A stretch of DNA of 44,132 nt. It comes from Priapulus caudatus (Eukaryota). The notes under the pieces are model-generated. The model was not told where the DNA came from. It did not search any database and was given only the letters and a program-made list of their open reading frames with translations. Both the position numbers and the translations under genes were made by a program. Shown here one piece after another: positions 11,326-23,464 of the stretch (positions are counted from its first letter, which is position 1; each line of letters opens with the position of its first letter). The stretch is from the NCBI RefSeq assembly GCF_000485595.1, contig NW_014577066.1:735302-779433 (forward strand), given 5' to 3'.

Positions 11326-12825
11326 ATATAATGTATTGCCTACAGATTTATATAATGTACATTGATACAATTTGTAAAAAAAAAATGGGAAAGATCAATA
11401 ATTTTTTTTGAGTCAGCCCCTTTGTGGCGGGTCGGTCAGGTGAGGGCAAACAAACAATATTTTTTTATGGCCCAAATACAATGTGGATATTTACCATTGA
11501 TAATTTTATTATTGAAATCACNNNNNNNNNNNNNNNNNNNNNNNNNNNNNNNNNNNNNNNNNNNNNNNNNNNNNNNNNNNNNNNNNNNNNNNNNNNNNNN
11601 NNNNNNNNNNNNNNNNNNNNNNNNNNNNNNNNNNNNNNNNNNNNNNNNNNNNNNNNNNNNNNNNNNNNNNNNNNNNNNNNNNNNNNNNNNNNNNNNNNNN
11701 NNNNNNNNNNNNNNNNNNNNNNNNNNNNNNNNNNNNNNNNNNNNNNNNNNNNNNNNNNNNNNNNNNNNNNNNNNNNNNNNNNNNNNNNNNNNNNNNNNNN
11801 NNNNNNNNNNNNNNNNNNNNNNNNNNNNNNNNNNNNNNNNNNNNNNNNNNNNNNNNNNNNNNNNNNNNNNNNNNNNNNNNNNNNNNNNNNNNNNNNNNNN
11901 NNNNNNNNNNNNNNNNNNNNNNNNNNNNNNNNNNNNNNNNNNNNNNNNNNNNNNNNNNNNNNNNNNNNNNNNNNNNNNNNNNNNNNNNNNNNNNNNNNNN
12001 NNNNNNNNNNNNNNNNNNNNNNNNNNNNNNNNNNNNNNNNNNNNNNNNNNNNNNNNNNNNNNNNNNNNNNNNNNNNNNNNNNNNNNNNNNNNNNNNNNNN
12101 NNNNNNNNNNNNNNNNNNNNNNNNNNNNNNNNNNNNNNNNNNNNNNNNNNNNNNNNNNNNNNNNNNNNNNNNNNNNNNNNNNNNNNNNNNNNNNNNNNNN
12201 NNNNNNNNNNNNNNNNNNNNNNNNNNNNNNNCGGACGATCATGCGATTCTACAAGCTGCATCTGACTTCGTCAGATGAGCTAAAAATCAATAAAAAATTT
12301 TAGTCGGCCCCTTTTTTCGCGGGTCGGACGGGTAAGGGCGAACAAACAATATTTTTTTATGGCCCAAATACAATGTGTTTATTTACCATTGATAATTTTA
12401 TTATTGAAATCACACAAGTGTCTGTGCGTACAACTGGTATTTCAGTTTCAGCTATTAAACTCATGACAATTCGAGATATCACATCACGATCTAATAGTGG
12501 CTTCAAATTTGTTGTTTATTCTGTTCATCTCGTGAAATTTTGAGTGTAATACGTACAGTGAGCATGTGTGACTATAAATCCTAAAAAATATTTACGTTTT
12601 GCAGACTGGTTGGACAAGAGTGGCTTAAGTTATATCAACATTGGTTTAAGAATAGGTCCCCAGTAGATGCAATATTGTAACCCAACAACTATAGGGGCCT
12701 ATTGTTCGGTTACATTTATTCTTCAATGTATCTAGGCCCCCAGTACAGTGAGATACATATATTATATACAAAATACATCACCATCACCATCAACAACAAT
12801 ACTTTCGCAATCATCATCCCCAACG

Positions 12826-13010
12826 GTGCAAATCTACTTTAGGCACCTTAGGTATCACGAAGTGATGCACAGATTTCTGTGTATCATCAACTGATGCACA
12901 GATTTCTGTGTATCATCAACTGATGCACAGACTTTCCGTATATCAAGGAATGATGCAAAAACCCTAGAACCCTAACCCTAACACACTTCGTGATACCTAA
13001 CTCCCTAAAG
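12826..13010. mobile_element. Helentron/HINE-like element with CCCTAA repeats
   Basis: Sub-terminal inverted repeat ttaggtatcacgaagtg / cacttcgtgatacctaa, an internal 30-bp tandem (tgatgcacagatttctgtgtatcatcaac) and accctaaccctaac. A second inverted copy lies at ~13660-13756. Confidence 0.55.
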
Positions 13011-13659
13011 GGACACACTAGGCAATTTAATCCGGCGACTTTATCGCCCGATAATATCGCCCGATTCTATCGCGCGAGTCGAGTGGACACATCACGCGAT
13101 TTTTTACGGCGAGTTCCTACTTCTTTATGTACGCTCTTGATATTATATGATCCCTAATAGCAAGACTAATCTTCACAAGTCTATGTACCACAAAGTGGTA
13201 TGTGTATAGGTATGTACTTACAAACTGTTTATGTAACATTCTGAAAAAAAAATGTTAAAAAAAAAGTTCGAGTTGTACTCGGTCGTCCGATTTTCTACTC
13301 GATTAATCAACTCGGCAGCCCAAACGAGTAATGATCGACAAACTTGATTAATCGAAACACCACTAGTACAAATAAAACGGGATCGTGACGACTTGTAGCG
13401 AAGCGACTTGTATTTTTGTACTAGTGCTTAATTTAAGCCTACAGTACGCGTGTATTGTTTATCAATTTTCCCCGGTCAATTACCGGTGACGCCGAGCTTT
13501 GCCGCCATCAAAACCTTCACGGCCTCCTTCTTCGTTCTGTCCCTGTACTCAGTCAGGGACATATCGTACAATAAGGGCTTTGCCTCCCACAAAGTGATCA
13601 ACTCTGCCACTTTGTCGTAGGACCACGTTAGCTCCATGGAATCTGTTCTCAGATATACA

Positions 13660-13756
13660 TTTCTTGATATACAAAAAGTCTGTGCATCTGTTGATGATAC
13701 ACAGAAATCTGTGCATCACTTCGTGATACCTAAGGTGCCTAAAGTGGATTTGCGCC
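13660..13756. mobile_element. Inverted partial copy of the 12826-13010 element
   Basis: aaagtctgtgcatctgttgatgatacacagaaatctgtgcatcacttcgtgatacctaaggtgcctaaagtggatttgc is the near reverse complement of ~12828-12935. Confidence 0.75.
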
Positions 13757-13842
13757 GTACCAGGGTACGTTCCGGTATACCGGACCGTACCCAGGGTAGG
13801 TACGTTCCGGCAGTACACCGGGGGACATAGACCCTCTCAGCC

Positions 13843-14359
13843 TAGCTCTAGAACTATAGCCCCCCGCTCTGCCGCAGGGCTATAGAACATACTATGGCAA
13901 TTTCCAGGGAGTAAGCAAAGACAATGTATTTCCAAGTGGAGGGGTGGGCAGGTTGCGCACGGTTGCAAACCGCGCTAGCGCTGCGCAACGAAAAATGGCG
14001 GTTTGCAACCGCGTGCAACCTGCCCACCCCTCCATTTGGAAATACATTGTACCCGCTCACAAGCGCCGGAACTGCGCTAGCGCTGCGCAACGAAAAATGG
14101 CGATTGAAAGTTGATAAACAATCTTCGTCGACGAGTAATATAGCAAGTACAACATTTATGCGATAGTTTGCTGTTTAATTGTACTATATTTTGTAGTGTT
14201 TATAGTAACTTAAGACATTTATGCGGCAGAGAATGTGCTTTATTTGGCGTACCGAAGAAGTTATTAACCGCAAAAAGTTGTCTTTGCTAACTCCCTGGAA
14301 ATTACCATAGTATGTTCTATAGCCCTGCGGCGGAGCGGAGGGCTATAGTTCTAGAGCTA
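13843..14359. mobile_element. Non-autonomous TIR element, TAG...CTA termini, ~80-bp TIRs, 9-bp TSD (Academ/MULE-like)
   Basis: TAGCTCTAGAACTATAGCCC... / ...GGGCTATAGTTCTAGAGCTA; CTCTCAGCC at 13834-13842 and 14360-14368. A related element starts at 14369 and runs into the gap. Confidence 0.85.
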
Positions 14360-15790
14360 CTCTCAGCCTAGCTCTAGTACTATAGCCCGCGGATCGCTGC
14401 CGCAGGGCTATAGCACATTCTGCCATAGATGTAATCTAAGCAAATGGTCCAACTGATGTGACCAAAANNNNNNNNNNNNNNNNNNNNNNNNNNNNNNNNN
14501 NNNNNNNNNNNNNNNNNNNNNNNNNNNNNNNNNNNNNNNNNNNNNNNNNNNNNNNNNNNNNNNNNNNNNNNNNNNNNNNNNNNNNNNNNNNNNNNNNNNN
14601 NNNNNNNNNNNNNNNNNNNNNNNNNNNNNNNNNNNNNNNNNNNNNNNNNNNNNNNNNNNNNNNNNNNNNNNNNNNNNNNNNNNNNNNNNNNNNNNNNNNN
14701 NNNNNNNNNNNNNNNNNNNNNNNNNNNNNNNNNNNNNNNNNNNNNNNNNNNNNNNNNNNNNNNNNNNNNNNNNNNNNNNNNNNNNNNNNNNNNNNNNNNN
14801 NNNNNNNNNNNNNNNNNNNNNNNNNNNNNNNNNNNNNNNNNNNNNNNNNNNNNNNNNNNNNNNNNNNNNNNNNNNNNNNNNNNNNNNNNNNNNNNNNNNN
14901 NNNNNNNNNNNNNNNNNNNNNNNNNNNNNNNNNNNNNNNNNNNNNNNNNNNNNNNNNNNNNNNNNNNNNNNNNNNNNNNNNNNNNNNNNNNNNNNNNNNN
15001 NNNNNNNNNNNNNNNNNNNNNNNNNNNNNNNNNNNNNNNNNNNNNNNNNNNNNNNNNNNNNNNNNNNNNNNNNNNNNNNNNNNNNNNNNNNNNNNNNNNN
15101 NNNNNNNNNNNNNNNNNNNNNNNNNNNNNNNNNNNNNNNNNNNNNNNNNNNNNNNNNNNNNNNNNNNNNNNNNNNNNNNNNNNNNNNNNNNNNNNNNNNN
15201 NNNNNNNNNNNNNNNNNNNNNNNNNNNNNNNNNNNNNNNNNNNNNNNNNNNNNNNNNACATTAAGACTATTGCTGGTACTGTAGTAGTAGGCTACTGACA
15301 AGTTGTATTTATTAACCATCATTTTATTATTGAAACGGTCCAAGTGCCTGTGGTCGGACTAGCGCGAAACGTAAATAGCCAGACAAAATATACCCATTTT
15401 ATTCCCCATTTAGCGCAGCTTAAACTACAATACTCCTTCAGTAATCAATCCTACTGGTCGGCAGCGACTAGAATGCAATACTCACTAGATACGGGCGTTC
15501 GTAAGAAGTAAACAAAACATTTTCTTCTAATCATCAATTCTGACAAAATCACAATTCTTCTTTTTGAACGAGGAGCTGTAAAGTGGCGCCCCCTTTGCTG
15601 AACGTGGCGTCCTCTCGCGAAGAGTATTTTATTGAATGCGAATGTCCGGGGTGAATGTATATTTTGTTCTAAGGTAAAACGTAGAGGCGTAAACACACCA
15701 TTTACGAGATATAGACATTTGACTTTATTTATGAGAATTATATGCAATTACAAATTGTTTTATCAGAAGTGAATAAAAACAAATTGGGCC

Positions 15791-15949
15791 CAAGGATAGA
15801 GAACATGGGTCCCAATAAAACCAATGTGCCTAACCCTAACCCTAACCCTAACCCTAACCATAACCCTAACCTATTATATTGATATAATATTATATTTATA
15901 TTGATGTAAATGACATTGGTTTTATTGGGACCCATGTTCTCTATCCTTG
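15791..15949. mobile_element. Inverted-repeat element enclosing (CCCTAA)n
   Basis: Perfect 37-bp inverted arms caaggatagagaacatgggtcccaataaaaccaatgt around ~7 CCCTAA-type units (15829-15872). Confidence 0.7.
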
Positions 15950-16622
15950 CACCACAAATTGTTTTATTCCCTTGTGTTCTAATGAATAGTAATGGTTTTA
16001 AACCGTATAAACGCAACCAAAACCTTTAGTCTAACTAATCTGCGATTACAGGCACCGGTCTCATCTCAGTAGTTATCCACTGAACCTCCGCATGCGACTG
16101 CTATATGTCCCGATACGTGTAAACACTGTAAAAACAATCATCTTTAGCTCTAGCTGCATTTGTCGTATGTAATATACGTATTCTTATCTTTCTTTTCTCT
16201 AACCGAAAATATTTTATTTTTGTGATATATTTGTTGTAGACTATGATTTAACGTAATCCTTATAAATTTGTTTTTTTATTCTGCTTACTGGACGCGACTT
16301 CGTGTTCTAAACGAGCGTATAAGCCATCAAGCATGCAACATTATTATCCAACGAATTATGTCACGCGGGATTCTAAAATCGACAATTCAAGGGTTTCACT
16401 CGGCAACTTAAAAACAACATAAACTCGTAGTGAAGTTATCTAACAACGATGTTTTTATCTAATGCAACTCTTTCTAATTGAAATGAATCTAATCTAATAG
16501 AATTAAAAAACATCGATCATTTCTGTTTTGATAGTTACGTATACTAATCTATAACTATTATGTTCACGTGCGTGCTTGTGTACGTGCACGTGCAACTGAT
16601 CGTGATTGATTGCGCGCGCACG

Positions 16623-16626
<4 letters not shown>

Positions 16627-16689
<63 letters not shown>
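16627..16689. repeat. (CT)n microsatellite at a gap edge
   Basis: Direct reading. Confidence 0.95.
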
Positions 16690-17327
16690 NNNNNNNNNNN
16701 NNNNNNNNNNNNNNNNNNNNNNNNNNNNNNNNNNNNNNNNNNNNNNNNNNNNNNNNNNNNNNNNNNNNNNNNNNNNNNNNNNNNNNNNNNNNNNNNNNNN
16801 NNNNNNNNNNNNNNNNNNNNNNNNNNNNNNNNNNNNNNNNNNNNNNNNNNNNNNNNNNNNNNNNNNNNNNNNNNNNNNNNNNNNNNNNNNNNNNNNNNNN
16901 NNNNNNNNNNNNNNNNNNNNNNNNNNNNNNNNNNNNNNNNNNNNNNNNNNNNNNNNNNNNNNNNNNNNNNNNNNNNNNNNNNNNNNNNNNNNNNNNNNNN
17001 GTGCTGTTGACGAAATCGTCAATGAATGGACGACATCGCTACGCATGACGGGTGGATACGCATGTGCTACAAGCAGCCCGTAGCGATATAGCTGCAGAAC
17101 CGGCCCGCACAAACTAGCAGCATCGAAATTAAATTTATTTATAGAACAGTTGAAACGCATATTTTCGAAAACACGAGGGCGGTACCCGCGATTCTGTATC
17201 AATGTAACCAAGGCACACCATGTATAGCGCCGAATCTTATCACGAGTTATAATCATTAGATCGGCAGCGATTTAATTATTACTATTCAACGGGCTAGTAG
17301 AACTAACTTTGAGGATTTACTAAATGA

Positions 17328-18164
17328 ATGATAGAACAATAACTGTATGAATGTAACGGAATAAGGTACTCGGTTCTCGATGTGGCAAATTGTGCGACGG
17401 TATTTCGCACCGGATATTTCGTATGATTCATGCTATAATGGTGCATGGGCGAAATCTAATTCGATGTACAAGCTGCACTGATGAGCTTGAGTCGATGGGT
17501 AATTAAACATCGCAATTAAGAGCAGGAGCAAATCATTTCTCGTGAATGCTTGATATCGTCGGCTATTTGCACAGAGAGAACTTTTCCTTCGCGTTCTGTT
17601 CTCGTGATTTATTGGTCTGGAACGGTGATGGTTCTGCCCACCACTGGACACTGTCTTCCGGCTTGACCGGTGACATTGACCGACTACGAGCTAGTCACCG
17701 TCGACTACGGACTAGCTTGTCAGGTTATAGTTGATATACTGATGCCTCTCTTCCGACATTGAAAGATAGCCTAACTGTTTAGCTATACTTCATGATCGTA
17801 CGTGTGTACGTCGCCTGTTCTTGGTCCTTGTCTTTTTGTTACATGGCAGTCAATGTTTTGAACTATGTGGGCACGATATACATGCGGGGATAAGAACTCC
17901 CGGCTTTCATACGACGACTGAGTTATAACCATATGGTAGCTAAGATCGACGTTAGTGAGAAGCTCCTGCGATGAAACGCATGACGCTGAGAAGAAATTAC
18001 CTTACCTTGAAACAACGCGGAGAAAAACAGCGTTAATAAATGATAGAACAATAACTGTATGTATGCAACGGAATAACTCAGTTCGGAGTTATTCATGCCA
18101 TTACCATTCTATAATGCAACGGGTACTCGGTTTACGATGCGGTAAATTATGCGACGGTATTTCA
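17328..18164. repeat. Diverged dispersed repeat pair (~17328-17406 and ~18040-18164)
   Basis: atgatagaacaataactgtatg...ggtactcggt...tgcgacggtatttc occurs twice; the second copy has an internal insertion. Confidence 0.7.
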
Positions 18165-20068
18165 TTAACCCGTTAGGATTCGCTATTCTTTCCAATTAGA
18201 TATATTTTCTAGAATTACATAACACAGCAACAACAACAAAAACAACAACAACAGCAACCACAACAACAACAACGATCGTTACATCTTCATCTATTACAAT
18301 GACTAAATCTCCAAGATGTCGTTAATCCGTTGAAATTAATCCATGCACTTGGCATTTGCGAGCTCTAGATTTGCGCCATGCTGTCTGCGATATACACGGA
18401 TAACGAAACAGGTACACACATTCTCATCATTGTTTCACGTTCTTTCTCGTCCAGGTAATGTGAAATAAGCTAGGTAACAGCTGGGGAGCTACGTCTGAGT
18501 TATTTTTGGCGCAGGCTATAAATAGTTTAGCATCTCAAAATAGAACTTTACTCTGTCGTGCCACGTCAATAACACGTGGAAAACAACCGAATCAGTCTGA
18601 CGTGTAAACTGCCAGCGGGCTTCTCTTGTTCTATTAATAGAGTCGAGGCGCGGTATAGTTAGGGATGTTCGGCACGTAGAATTGTTGCTAACACAGGTGT
18701 AATAGCGAGAGCCGGTAAACATCTCTAACAATACCAGGCACAGGATGAAATATAACCAGGCCGGGGGGTCAAGATGGTTGCCGGCTCGTAAGGTTCAGCA
18801 AATGTGGTGCGCAATCGAAGATTTTGCGAAATCACTCGAGATTTTTGCGCATGCAATCGTGCGATAGGTGTGCAATATAGGTGAGGTGTTGTTTAGACGC
18901 ATCGCGTGGAATGTAATGTGTGATGCAATTCGAAATCGCGAGGAATGTTTTGGGAGTGTTGTGGAATAACGTGAAATGCGAGGACTATAGCGGTATAAAC
19001 ACGTGGTGCGAAATGTTAGCGCTTGTACACAAATCTTCTTCTGCCTTAACTTGATTCAACAAAAAGCATCGAATGATATCGTATCCTTGACATTTTGCTA
19101 GACGGTTATAGCCTCTTTACGAACCCTGTCAGTCTGTCTCGTGCGTACGTACATCAGAAATTGCACTTACTCCTGTCGGATTCCATTGATGAGACGTTAT
19201 CGCCTTACGCAACAAAGCCAGACGAAACGAAAGATCCAAAATACGTATACCGTCGGTGTCCTATTTCTCCCTGAACGTGCCCATTCTTCAAGGTCAGCGT
19301 TTCCTATGGTCCTTTGTCTTGTGCCGGGGAGTATGTAGCTGTGCTATTCTCTATAAGGACTTCGAAGTATGGTGGGTGCGTCCGGCAAATATATCAGCGA
19401 GTCGCCCGGGGCAGCGATGTACGCGCGGGGGACGGAAACAGAAAGAAGGGGTGGAGCAGGCAGTGCCTCCTGCTCGGTGAAAAGGCCCCAGCCGCGTTCA
19501 GGCACGCCCTCTACCGTCGGCTGCTACTTTACCTGCGAGAGTAAGTAAATCGCACGGCGATTTTCGAGGAATGCGGCACGTCTGCCCGAATTTCGCCCGT
19601 AGCGCGTGTATTTTGGGTCATGCCGGCGCGCAGGTGGGTGAATTCGCGCTGTCTGGCTGTGCGTTTTTGATAGCAACTCTCGAAATAGCAACAGCTGAGC
19701 CGAGAGAAGTCCCGAAAACGCCGTTAGCCCTCGAGCTAATATATGCTATTTTCGACGTTTTTCCTAAGCCGACATTGAAAAGGGCTCGAGGCGCGTGTAG
19801 TAACTAGGTAAAACCGCATCTCCACCCAGCTGAGACGCCAAATATTCTGCGCTTGCGGTGACGTCACGGCTGACCGCTGCGCGAACCCTTCAGTAGTTCA
19901 GGTAGTATAGTAATTAAACACTGGGCTCCGCCCAAACTCACCTACATCTACATATCTCACACGCATGCAGTTGCATATCCGACGCCAGGCCCGACGAAAT
20001 CTAACGAAAATTTCGTTGGTTTTCATTGGATTACCATTTCAAAAAAACGGTTTTTCATTGCGCGCGCA

Positions 20069-20116
20069 AACACACACACATACGCACGCATGCACGCTCA
20101 CACATACACACGCACA

Positions 20117-20165
<49 letters not shown>

Positions 20166-20166
20166 A

Positions 20167-20204
<38 letters not shown>

Positions 20205-20390
20205 ACAACACACTCGTACACACACAACATTAGCAACACAACGCGACCACATCACCACTACAGGCACAACATACACACACACACACACACCCACATCACA
20301 CACTCACAAGCACACCCACATTACAACACACACGACAAGCACAACACCCACCACACACACACCACACTACAACTTACACACGTAACTAAA
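20069..20390. repeat. (CA)n-rich microsatellite, degenerating toward the gap
   Basis: Direct reading. Confidence 0.9.
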
Positions 20391-21196
20391 AANNNNNNNN
20401 NNNNNNNNNNNNNNNNNNNNNNNNNNNNNNNNNNNNNNNNNNNNNNNNNNNNNNNNNNNNNNNNNNNNNNNNNNNNNNNNNNNNNNNNNNNNNNNNNNNN
20501 NNNNNNNNNNNNNNNNNNNNNNNNNNNNNNNNNNNNNNNNNNNNNNNNNNNNNNNNNNNNNNNNNNNNNNNNNNNNNNNNNNNNNNNNNNNNNNNNNNNN
20601 NNNNNNNNNNNNNNNNNNNNNNNNNNNNNNNNNNNNNNNNNNNNNNNNNNNNNNNNNNNNNNNNNNNNNNNNNNNNNNNNNNNNNNNNNNNNNNNNNNNN
20701 NNNNNNNNNNNNNNNNNNNNNNNNNNNNNNNNNNNNNNNNNNNNNNNNNNNNNNNNNNNNNNNNNNNNNNNNNNNNNNNNNNATTTATTTATGTATTTAT
20801 TTATTTACTTATTTATTCTGTTTGCATTTCAAGTACAACATGACCGTAATTGAACAATCACATGAAGAAATAAGAAATTATGATCGTAAAGGAAAAATCT
20901 CGCTCCGAAATAAGGAGGATGGTTACATCTTAGTGTAGGCCTACGTGTGTATTCTAGGTTGGGGACGTATTCCTGGCCGTCGCTGGTGTTTCTCTGCGCA
21001 CTCCGGGTATTCACGGGGTTAAATCATTTAATACTTGAGAATATCTAAAATACAAAATATTATAATCTAATAATAAAATCAACTAAACGTTTATGCCATT
21101 TCGGGGGGTTGGGGGCGGTATTCACTGTTGTCGTACAGTGCTTCGCCGCTATATTTAGGTGAGTCTATGTGCTATCCGTGAATCTGTGATTACCAC

Positions 21197-21235
21197 CAAG
21201 AGTGCATAATAGAGACTCTCTATTATGCACTCTTG
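21197..21235. mobile_element. 39-bp perfect palindromic mini-element, CAAGAGT...ACTCTTG, 7-bp TSD
   Basis: caagagtgcataatagaga-c-tctctattatgcactcttg flanked by TTACCAC on both sides (21190-21196, 21236-21242). Confidence 0.85.
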
Positions 21236-22968
21236 TTACCACGGATATCTTTATCGGTATAACTAACGTCGTGTGTTGCGTTTATGATGCAGGCGTTGTA
21301 GTCGATACGTGTGTGCGTCATCTACGCAAATAATAACGGTTGCACCATCGGTTCATAGTAAAGTTATCAGGAGTACGTATACAAACGAATTATTTATCAT
21401 GTACTGATGTGATTTAGAAAGGCAAGCAACCGCACGTATTGACGTCAGATGAAGCATTGTGTGTTTCTCGTCTCGTTACCTACAGATGTATAGCTGGATA
21501 TTCTTGTCAAATATAGTTCATAAATCAAGGTAAAACCGAAAAATACAAATAGTCTACCGCATGGCCGGGTAATGATTTATTGTGCGTGATGACGCTGCCT
21601 TTGTACATGTTCGATTTAAGTATATGTGTCGAGATTCCATGTAACTAAATTTTGATATCTTCTTCGATTGGTATTTGACTATAAGTAGTGGCGGCTTGGA
21701 TAGGGTGGACGGGTACATAAAACATCATATTATGATAATATGTGTACCGTTAAACGTGATGTTGAAGAATGTAGCTACCTGTTCTTTTTATCGCACTCAT
21801 GTGTATTCTGAGACGGCTTGCTATGCGTGTATATTCAGAAACAACCACTGCGTGTTCTAAATTATGTGACTATTTCAGTTGTGCTATTGTGCAAGTATGT
21901 GTTTAGAATGCAGAGAAATTTACTGGAACACTATTAAACGGGACAACTATCTATGACGTTTCTAAGTACGCATCATCTCAGTATGTATTTAATGATGCGG
22001 TAATCGATTGATTTTAAAACAAATATTTAATCGTATGACCTTTTCGCGGTGCCATCGGAACCTATTATATAGGTTTGCATTCGTATGGATATAAGCATAC
22101 CGGAAACATAGTGTATGTACACATGTTGTATTTGTCTACGCTAGCCGCCAAAGTTACGTTTAAAAACGATTAGCATGGGATCGTTTATCTAATGAGCCGC
22201 TGTGATAGAAGTTGTAAAAGTGAAAGTGAAGCAAAAGTAAGTGTGAAGAAAAAGTTAAGCAAACGTTTGAGGGTCATGTCCAATATGCTATCAGGTGCTA
22301 GCCGCGTGCAGTCTTTTCACAATCGTCACGAATAAATTGTACTAGCATATAAATAATGCCTGAAAATTTTGACAAAAAACCCCTCACTTACTTTCGCCTT
22401 ATTTCGCATTAAATTGTGGAATTTTAATGTCTTGTACAGTGTTGGACTGCATAGAAGTCTTTAGATAATAAATATTCAAAGGAGGAGTGCGTAGTTTAGT
22501 GGGACTGTTATTGCTCTGTGTTAAATGCTCTAATTAGTAATTGCTTTATATCGTGACAAAAATTCGCCCTTCTCGTTATGTGCATCATACCCGTAAAATA
22601 CTTTCAAATAATTTACTCCCAATTTACAACTACTGACAAATGTACCAAAAACATACAGGTTGGTGTACGTATTGGTTGTACACAATAGGCTTGTCCAATG
22701 TACCCCTGAATACGTACGCTATCAGAATCTACATCTAAACGTCCACAATGCCTACATAATCTGTACCCAGAACAACGTTATTATTGTAACTGTAAAGCAA
22801 TCAAACATTTAGTTCGGTCTGCCTGCTTGAGTATTAACTAGCAGAATGCAACAAACTTGCAATATATTCACAGTCATGTAAGTTCCCTGAAATCTAACAT
22901 AAATAGATTTTCTCTGCGGGCGCAACCATGCGTTGAATATATATATATATATATAAAATTATATATAA

Positions 22969-23410
22969 CGTGTGCGTGCGTGTGCGTGTGTGTGTGCGTG
23001 TGCGTGTGTGCGTGCGCGTGCGTGCGCGTCTGCGTGCGTGTGTGCTGGAGGGCGTGCATGATTGCCTGCGCCCGCGCGCGCGTGCACATCACCCGGGTGC
23101 GTATTTTTTCGCGCGCGTGTGTATCTGCGTTCCCTCTTGCTCCGTCAACCCATCAGCGCCGCTACATATTCTAACAGATGCGATGGCACGTCAATGACGT
23201 CAGCGAAGGTGAAGGCATGGGACGTGCACGTGAAGAGCACGCGGCCACGGTACAGACCCGCGGGTTGCTACCGCGATGTTGCTGCGGCGCCCGCGTCCGG
23301 GGTGCCTCGGATCGTCATACGATACGCGAACACGTGTATGTGTGATGTTCACTGCTATACGGGGCGACGATATACAGCTACAGGTAGTAGTGCGACCCTC
23401 GAACACGCAT

Positions 23411-23464
<54 letters not shown>

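Larger units (their letters stand above)
10135..11472. mobile_element. Outer PIF/Harbinger-like MITE (host of nested elements)
   Basis: ggccacaattaaaaaaaactttgtttgccctcacc at the left is imperfectly inverted to ggtgagggcaaacaaacaatattttttttatggcc at the right; flanks TAA / CAA. Confidence 0.55.

Noticed and set aside
11362..17256. Long ORFs in the ORF track
   Set aside because: They consist of N-gap (X) or microsatellite translations.
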